A DNA stretch of 48,220 nt from NCBI GenBank assembly GCA_017410445.1, contig JAFQQU010000010.1:1-48220 (forward strand), in the 5' to 3' direction. The notes under the pieces were generated by a model. That model ran no database searches and was not told the DNA's origin. It saw only the letters and a program-made list of their open reading frames with translations. Below are positions 17,566 to 23,957 of the stretch, piece by piece (the first letter of the stretch is position 1; the number at the start of each line of letters is the position of its first letter). The stretch is from Clostridia bacterium. Lineage in GTDB: Bacteria; Bacillota; Clostridia; Christensenellales; Aristaeellaceae. The translations under genes were made by a program, and so were the position numbers.

Positions 17566-20500
17566 ATGAAGAAGATTCTGTGCATGACGCTGATGCTGCT
17601 CATGCTGCTGTCCTGCCTGAGCGTACGGGCGGAAGCGGCGGTATGGGATTTTGACACCACCGATTTCAGGCTGAACGGCTATCAGGGCGAGGGCGGCGCA
17701 GTCGTCGTTCCGGATACCATCGACGGCTGCACGGTGGACATTTTCGGCATGTATCTGTTCAACGACGCCGACGCCGTCACCTCGCTGACGCTCCCGGCCA
17801 CCCTGAAGCAGGTCGAGGACAGCGCCGTCGCGTTCTGCGACAGCCTGACTGAGCTGATCATTCCCGAGGGCATTCAGGTCATCGGGGACAACTGCTTCGT
17901 CGGAAATCCGGGCCTGACCGAGCTGGTCATCCCGGCGAGCGTCCGCTACATCGGCGCAAGCAGCTTCGGCAGCAACGAAAACCTCAATAAGGTGACCTTC
18001 CTCGGCGAATGCCCGGTCTTTGCGGGCGCGGCGCTCGACTGGATTGCGGACGACGCTGAGATTTACGTGCCCGACGATCAGTACGACGCGTATGCTGCGG
18101 CGCTGACCGAGGCTGAATGCTATTCGACGATTCTGCCCTCCGGCGCGAACGCGGTCGTGTACGAGCTGACGACCGATCCTTCCCTGTTTGAGTTTGACGC
18201 CGAAACCGGAACCATCACCCGGTTCGCCGGCTTCGACGCCTGCGTCGAGGTTCCCGCGGAAATCGGCGGCGCTGCCGTTAAGGCCATCGGCGACGAGGCG
18301 TTCGGCGACAATAACTATGTCTGCATGGTGACTCTGCCCGAGGGCCTCGAGAGCATCGGCGCGTCCGCGTTCGAGTCCTGCGATACGCTGCTGCATGTTG
18401 ACTTTCCCTCCACGCTGAAGCATATCGGCAGCCGCGCGTTCTATGCGGGTTATCACGGCAGAGCGCTGAATCTGCCCGCCGTTGAAACCATCGGCGACGA
18501 GGCGTTTGGCAGGTGCGTGCGCCTGACCGATCCCGTTTATCTGCCCGAAGGATTGAAGCGCATCGGAAACAGCGCGTTTGACGGCTGCGGCTGGCTGGGC
18601 GAGGTCTATCTGCCGGCTTCCGTTGAAACCATCGGCGAGAGAGCCTTTGCCGACAGCGGCATGAACTATCTGGTCTTCAACGGCCTGAAGCTGCCGGAGA
18701 TTGCGGATACCGCCTTTGAAAACTGCTGGTATCTGTCGGATATCGACCTTCACACCAAGACGACCAAGCAGGAAATGCTGGACATGCAGGCCAAGGTTGA
18801 TGCGCTGGGGCTTACCTGCCGCGTATGGCGCATGCAGAATCCGGACGTCGATTATGTAAACGACGGTCTGGACACCTACGAAAACGGCGTGCTGACCGCC
18901 TATACCGGCGAGCAGACTCACCTGCGCCCGTGGGATACCTATGATGACGTCACCGTAACGGCGCTGGGCGACGGCGTGTTTGCGAATAATACGTATATCG
19001 AATACTTTGCCGTACCCTACAATGATGAATTCACCACCATCGGCGCGGAGGCCTTTGCGAATAGTTCCCTGATGCAGATTGACCTGTTCGACTCCGTCAC
19101 CACCATCAACGGCGGTGCGTTCCGTAATTGCGCGAATCTGACCGAGCTGACTCTGCCCGAATCGGTTGAATTCGTGGGCGTGGAAGCGCTGTACGGCTGC
19201 ACCGGGCTTCAGAAGCTGACCGTTCTGTGCGATCCCACCGTGCTGCCTGAGGATCTGTTTGACGTATGGCCGGAAGGTCTGGAAATCTATGCCGGTGAAA
19301 ACGCCACCGATGAACAGCTGATGTACCTTACCTCCATTGCGGGCCGTCCCTTCTATCAGCCCGTCACCCGCATCGGCGAGCCGCTGCCCGAGCTGACTGC
19401 TTCTCCCTATGAGGCGCTGCCCGCGGAGGATTTCTGGTATGACACCGAGTTTGCCCGTCTGGACAACTATCAGGGCTACGAGCTCAATCTGGTGCTGCCC
19501 AGCACTGCGGAAGATACGATGCTGACCATGGTCGGCGGCAGCATGATGGGCCGCGCCATGTTCGGCGACAACTACGAGCAGGAGCTGCCCGTTGTCTCCG
19601 TCGTCATCCCGCAGGGCTACACCGAAATTCCGCCCTTCGCCTTCCAGAACTGCGATACGCTGGAAACCGTAATCTGCTACGCGCCTCTCGAGCTGCTGCC
19701 CGACAGCGCATTCTCCGGCTGCACCAGCCTGCGCGAGGTCGTGTTCGTAAACGGCGTTCACAGCATCGGCGAATATGTATTCGACGGCTGCCCGAACCTT
19801 GAGACGGTCTATCTGGGCCAGTATGTTGAGAATGTCGGCGAATTTGCGTTTATGGATCAGTTCGGCGATACGGTATGGTCCATGGAGCAGTGCATCACCG
19901 ACCCGGCGCTCCTGCCCGACATCGACTCGATGCTGGAGGCCGTGAAGCGCGAGCCCATGGCCGAGCCCGAGCCGGAAGCCACGCCCGAGCCCGCGGTCCC
20001 GGTCGGCGAGGAAGGCAAGGATTTCTTCGGCCTGTGGATCGGCACCGAGATGGATATGGGCGGCGAGGTCATGAAGCTGTCCGACTGGGAAATCATCATG
20101 AACGTCCTGCTGCTTGAGGACGGCAGAATGATCGCCATGGATGAAGAGGTCACCGACTGGAGCGCGCTTGACGGATTCGAAGCGCCCGGCTGGCGCGTGG
20201 AGAACGGCGTCGCCATCGGCGATACCTGCACGATGACCATTCTCGAGGACGGACGTCTCCTCATGGATGAGGACGGCATGCAGATTTACTTTGAGCGCAG
20301 CGACGTGCAGATTGACGTTCCGTCCGCGCCCGCACAGCCCGAAACGCCCGTACAGCCCGAGGCTCCCGCTGTTCCTGAAGCGCCTGCCGCGCCTGAGACG
20401 TCCGCCGATGCGTCCGGACGCACGGAAATCAAGTTCGTCTGCGAAAGCGCCGACGTCAGCGGCTTCAATATGGCTGCGTCCATGCTGGGCGGCGAGTATT

Positions 20501-20700
20501 CGATGATCTTCCGCGAGGACGGAAACGCCGTGTTTGTCGTCGTCGGCAACGAGATGCCGGGCGTCACCTGGAAGCAGCTTGACAGCGGCAATTTCCAGAT
20601 TGATTTCTATGGCACGCCCATGGAAATCGTCTGGACGGACAAGGGCTTCGATATGAACTACATGGATTCCATGCTGATGCACTTCGTTCCCGCGAACTGA
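17566..20700 (+). CDS. Secreted BspA-type (LRR_5) leucine-rich-repeat protein with Pro/Glu linkers and two C-terminal lipocalin-like beta modules
   Basis: Signal peptide MKKILCMTLMLLMLLSCLSVRAEA. It carries many ~23-aa units of the form LTxLxIPxxVxxIGxxAFxxCxxL. The linkers are PEPEATPEPAVP and PSAPAQPETPVQPEAPAVPEAPAAPE. A GGAGAGGAG RBS lies 8 nt before ATG 17566. Confidence 0.8.
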   Translation: MKKILCMTLMLLMLLSCLSVRAEAAVWDFDTTDFRLNGYQGEGGAVVVPDTIDGCTVDIFGMYLFNDADAVTSLTLPATLKQVEDSAVAFCDSLTELIIPEGIQVIGDNCFVGNPGLTELVIPASVRYIGASSFGSNENLNKVTFLGECPVFAGAALDWIADDAEIYVPDDQYDAYAAALTEAECYSTILPSGANAVVYELTTDPSLFEFDAETGTITRFAGFDACVEVPAEIGGAAVKAIGDEAFGDNNYVCMVTLPEGLESIGASAFESCDTLLHVDFPSTLKHIGSRAFYAGYHGRALNLPAVETIGDEAFGRCVRLTDPVYLPEGLKRIGNSAFDGCGWLGEVYLPASVETIGERAFADSGMNYLVFNGLKLPEIADTAFENCWYLSDIDLHTKTTKQEMLDMQAKVDALGLTCRVWRMQNPDVDYVNDGLDTYENGVLTAYTGEQTHLRPWDTYDDVTVTALGDGVFANNTYIEYFAVPYNDEFTTIGAEAFANSSLMQIDLFDSVTTINGGAFRNCANLTELTLPESVEFVGVEALYGCTGLQKLTVLCDPTVLPEDLFDVWPEGLEIYAGENATDEQLMYLTSIAGRPFYQPVTRIGEPLPELTASPYEALPAEDFWYDTEFARLDNYQGYELNLVLPSTAEDTMLTMVGGSMMGRAMFGDNYEQELPVVSVVIPQGYTEIPPFAFQNCDTLETVICYAPLELLPDSAFSGCTSLREVVFVNGVHSIGEYVFDGCPNLETVYLGQYVENVGEFAFMDQFGDTVWSMEQCITDPALLPDIDSMLEAVKREPMAEPEPEATPEPAVPVGEEGKDFFGLWIGTEMDMGGEVMKLSDWEIIMNVLLLEDGRMIAMDEEVTDWSALDGFEAPGWRVENGVAIGDTCTMTILEDGRLLMDEDGMQIYFERSDVQIDVPSAPAQPETPVQPEAPAVPEAPAAPETSADASGRTEIKFVCESADVSGFNMAASMLGGEYSMIFREDGNAVFVVVGNEMPGVTWKQLDSGNFQIDFYGTPMEIVWTDKGFDMNYMDSMLMHFVPAN

Positions 20701-20718
20701 TCTTCCGAGGTGAATGAT

Positions 20719-22005
20719 ATGAGTACGATTGCTTATACCTGTCCCTGCTGCGGCGCACCGCTGTCCTTCAGCGGAGCGAGCGGCAAGCTCGAATGCGCCG
20801 CCTGCGGGAACAGCTACGACACCGAAGCCATCGAGGCGATGAATCCGGCCGTGACCGACGAGGGCCCCGCGTTTGATCTGCCGAAGGAGGAATTCAATCA
20901 GGAAGAAGCCGCCGGCATGCATGCGTATCTGTGCGAGGGGTGCGGCGCGGAGCTGATGACCGAGGGCGCCACCACCGCCACCGAATGCCCCTACTGCGGA
21001 AGCCCCGCCATTCTGCCCGACCGGATTGAGGGCGGTGTGAAGCCGGAGAAGGTTATTCCCTTCACCGTGACCAAAGAACAGGCGCAGCAGCAGTTCGAAG
21101 AGTATTTCAAGGGCAAGCGCCTGCTGCCCAACGTGTTCCTCGAGAGCCGCAACCGCATCACCGAGATGCGCAGGCTGTATGTTCCCTACTGGCTGTTCGA
21201 CTGCGAGGCCGACGCCAACATCGTCTACGACGCCGAGAAGGAGCATACCCGCCGCGAGGGCGACTGGGAAATCACCCGGACCGAGCATTATGTCGTCCGC
21301 AGAAAGGGCGGCATGGCCTTTGAGCACATCCCGGTGGACGGAAGCGTGAAGCTGGACAATAAGATCACCGAATCGCTCGAGCCCTACGACCTGAGCGCGG
21401 CGGTTCCCTTCAGCCCGTCCGTCCTTGCCGGCGCGCTGGCCGACCATGCGGACGTGGACGCAGCCGAATGCGAGGGCCGCGCGATGGAGCGCGTTGAAAA
21501 CAGCGTGTCTCAGGCGATGCGCGAAACGGTCGTCGGCTACACCCGCGTGAACGAGCGCAGCACGAACATTCGCACCGAGGGCGGCAAGGTAACGCCGGTG
21601 CTGATGCCGGTCTGGCTGATCACCACCGAAAAGGAAGGAACGACCTACACTTTCGCCATCAACGGACAGACCGGGAAGCTGACCTGCGACGTACCGGCGG
21701 ATAAAAAGAAGTCCCTCATCTGGGGCGGAAGCGTGTTTGCAGGCGCGTTCGGAATCGGCGCGCTGGCGCTGTGGCTGCTTGGGCAGCTGGGCAGCGGAAC
21801 GCTTTTGATCGCGGCCGTGATCGCAGCGATCATCGCGCTGATCGTGGTCGGCAGCCTGACGGCGCAGCTTAAGCAGGCGGTGCATCAGAACGCGGCTGCG
21901 GACTATGTGCGCAAGGGCTCCTTCAAGCTCGACGTAAGCTACGACCGGTTCCTCTATGAAACCACGAAAAAGAGGAAGATCGAAACCGGGAATCAGAACA
22001 AATAA
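20719..22005 (+). CDS. Membrane protein with two N-terminal zinc ribbons, a central globular domain and a C-terminal TM hairpin (YdjG-like?)
   Basis: CPCCG...CAACG and CEGCG...CPYCG. The C-terminal hydrophobic stretches are LIWGGSVFAGAFGIGALALWLL and LLIAAVIAAIIALIVVGSL. A GAGGTG RBS precedes ATG 20719. Confidence 0.6.
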   Translation: MSTIAYTCPCCGAPLSFSGASGKLECAACGNSYDTEAIEAMNPAVTDEGPAFDLPKEEFNQEEAAGMHAYLCEGCGAELMTEGATTATECPYCGSPAILPDRIEGGVKPEKVIPFTVTKEQAQQQFEEYFKGKRLLPNVFLESRNRITEMRRLYVPYWLFDCEADANIVYDAEKEHTRREGDWEITRTEHYVVRRKGGMAFEHIPVDGSVKLDNKITESLEPYDLSAAVPFSPSVLAGALADHADVDAAECEGRAMERVENSVSQAMRETVVGYTRVNERSTNIRTEGGKVTPVLMPVWLITTEKEGTTYTFAINGQTGKLTCDVPADKKKSLIWGGSVFAGAFGIGALALWLLGQLGSGTLLIAAVIAAIIALIVVGSLTAQLKQAVHQNAAADYVRKGSFKLDVSYDRFLYETTKKRKIETGNQNK

Positions 22006-22023
22006 CAAAGGAGGAAGACGAAA

Positions 22024-23430
22024 ATGGGCCTGATATCTGCAGGATTGAACGCTTTGAACGGCACGCTGGCCAGCCAGTGGAAGGAATTCTTCTATGCCGA
22101 CGCGATGCCGGACAATGTGCTTGCCGCCAAGGCGATGAAGAAAACCAGGGGCCGCTTCGGCGGCAGCAGAACTGAGGACGACAACGTAATCACCGAAGGC
22201 TCCGTCATCGCGGTGGCCGACGGCCAGTGCATGATGATCGTCGATCAGGGCAAAATCGTTGATTTCTGCGCCGAGCCCGGCGAATATATCTATGAGGCGG
22301 GCGGCGAGCCCAGCCTGTTCTTAGGTGAGTTCAGCGGCGAGAAGGTCAAGACCATTCTGAAGACCACCTTTGAGCGCTTCTCCTTCGGCGGCCAGGCGGG
22401 CAAGGATCAGCGCGTGTACTACTTCAACACCAGAGAACTGACCGGCAACAAGTATGGCACGCCCAGCGCTGTGCCCTTCCGCGTGGTGGATCAGAATATC
22501 GGGCTGGATATCGACGTCTCCATCCGCTGCTTCGGCGAATACAGCTACCGCATGACCAATCCGATCCTGTTCTATACGAACGTCTGCGGCAACATCGAGG
22601 GCGAGTATACCCGCGACCGCATCGACAGCCAGCTCAAGAGCGAGCTGCTGACCGCGCTGCAGCCGGCTTTTGCCCGGATTTCCGCCATGGGCATCCGCTA
22701 CAGCGCGCTGCCGGGCCATACCCTTGAGATCACCGAGGCGCTCAACGAGGTTCTGTCCGAGAAGTGGGCGAATCTGCGCGGCGTGGAGATCGTGTCCTTC
22801 GGCATGAATTCGGTCAAGGCGTCCGAGGAAGACGAGGCCATGATCAAGGAGCTTCAGAAGAACGCCGTCTTCCGCAATGCCAATATGGCGGCGGCGCATC
22901 TGGTCGGCGCGCAGGCGCAGGCCATGCAGGACGCCGCGAAGAACGCGGGCGGCGCTGTCAGCGGCTTCATGGGCATGAACATGGCGCAAGGCGGCGGTAT
23001 GAACGTATCTCAGCTGTTCCAGATGGGCGCGCAGCAGCAGGCGCAGCCTTCCGCGCCGACGCAGTCCGCTGCCGACGGCTGGAAGTGCTCCTGCGGCGCG
23101 ACGGCGACCGGAAAATTCTGCCCCGAGTGCGGCGCGAAGAAGCCCGAGCCCAAGGCGGCCGGCTGGAAGTGCCCCTCCTGCGGCGCGCAGGCGAGCGGCA
23201 AATTCTGTCCCGAGTGCGGCGCGAAGAAGCCCGAGGCCGACGGCTGGACCTGCCGCTGCGGCGCGGTAAACAAGGGCAAGTTCTGCGCGGAGTGCGGCGC
23301 GAAGCGTCCTGCGGGCGCGCCGGTCTATCAGTGCGACAAGTGCGGCTGGAAGCCCGAGGACCCGGCGCATCCGCCGAAGTTCTGCCCCGAGTGCGGCGAC
23401 CGGTTTGACGATACGGATGTGATTTCCTGA
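22024..23430 (+). CDS. SPFH/band-7-like protein of the COG4260 type (virion-core-protein-like) with four C-terminal zinc ribbons
   Basis: The N-terminus MGLISAGLNALNGTLASQWKEFFYADAMP... and the overall layout fit the stomatin/prohibitin-family proteins that carry a C-terminal Zn-ribbon. The tail holds GWKCSCGATATGKFCPECGAKKPE, GWKCPSCGAQASGKFCPECGAKKPE, GWTCRCGAVNKGKFCAECGAKRP and YQCDKCG...KFCPECGDRF. Confidence 0.7.
   Translation: MGLISAGLNALNGTLASQWKEFFYADAMPDNVLAAKAMKKTRGRFGGSRTEDDNVITEGSVIAVADGQCMMIVDQGKIVDFCAEPGEYIYEAGGEPSLFLGEFSGEKVKTILKTTFERFSFGGQAGKDQRVYYFNTRELTGNKYGTPSAVPFRVVDQNIGLDIDVSIRCFGEYSYRMTNPILFYTNVCGNIEGEYTRDRIDSQLKSELLTALQPAFARISAMGIRYSALPGHTLEITEALNEVLSEKWANLRGVEIVSFGMNSVKASEEDEAMIKELQKNAVFRNANMAAAHLVGAQAQAMQDAAKNAGGAVSGFMGMNMAQGGGMNVSQLFQMGAQQQAQPSAPTQSAADGWKCSCGATATGKFCPECGAKKPEPKAAGWKCPSCGAQASGKFCPECGAKKPEADGWTCRCGAVNKGKFCAECGAKRPAGAPVYQCDKCGWKPEDPAHPPKFCPECGDRFDDTDVIS
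23077..23400 (+). repeat. Tandem 81-84-bp coding repeats (Zn-ribbon units)
   Basis: GGCTGGAAGTGC/GGCTGGACCTGC units start at 23077, 23161 and 23242. A fourth, more divergent unit follows. Confidence 0.8.
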
Positions 23431-23496
23431 CGGAAAAGGGGCGCTGCGCCCCGGACGTCAAGCCGGAATATTCCAATACACCCCTGAAGATCAGCA

Positions 23497-23544
23497 AAAT
23501 CTCCCGGATATCCCCCTGTTTTTGGAAGGATTTCCGGGAGATTT
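23497..23544 (+). terminator. Candidate terminator of unit A
   Basis: Perfect 12-bp inverted repeat AAATCTCCCGGA (23497-23508) / TCCGGGAGATTT (23533-23544), followed by CTGTAT. The loop is long (24 nt), so the strength is uncertain. Confidence 0.4.
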
Positions 23545-23767
23545 CTGTATGGGATGAAACGCTCTGATTCATGAATGCAGAGGGGTCGGCGATTTCGGGG
23601 TTGAGGCGCGAAACCGTTTGAAATCAGCCTGTGCCGACGGCGATTTGTCCGGATTCTTTCCTATTTACTTTATATGCTTTTTTTCAGGCAGACCTTTCTG
23701 TTTTTCGCAGGCTGGATGGCTTTGCTTTCTGATTTTAAGCATGTATGAAATTTCATGATGGTTCCTC

Positions 23768-23796
23768 TTGATAAATAAAGGCAGAGATATTATAAT
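23768..23796 (+). promoter_or_regulatory. Near-consensus sigmaA promoter of unit B
   Basis: TTGATA (23768-23773), a 17-bp spacer, then TATAAT (23791-23796), set in an AT-rich 527-bp spacer. Confidence 0.7.
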
Positions 23797-23957
23797 TTAG
23801 GGAAGAGAATTGTTAGTTTTATCTGATAACAGGTTGCAGCGAAAATGGCAGGCGTCCCCGCAGGCACGGGCGACGCCTGAGGTCGATTGTTTTGGAGTGA
23901 AACGCCCCGGATTTCGGGGGGATTCTTTACTAAGTACGCAGGCGAGGGGAAATTGAT

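Noticed and set aside
17443-22008. 1521-aa minus-strand ORF
   Set aside because: It is antisense to two well-supported + strand genes (LRR_5 protein, Zn-ribbon membrane protein). The product is low-complexity and Arg/Ala/Gly/His-rich, with no motifs, RBS or signal. It is a typical stop-free shadow frame of GC-rich coding DNA.
22764-23572. Arg-rich alternative-frame ORFs over the SPFH gene tail
   Set aside because: They are frame-shifted readings of the Zn-ribbon DNA repeats. The in-frame reading gives canonical CxxC...CPECG ribbons.
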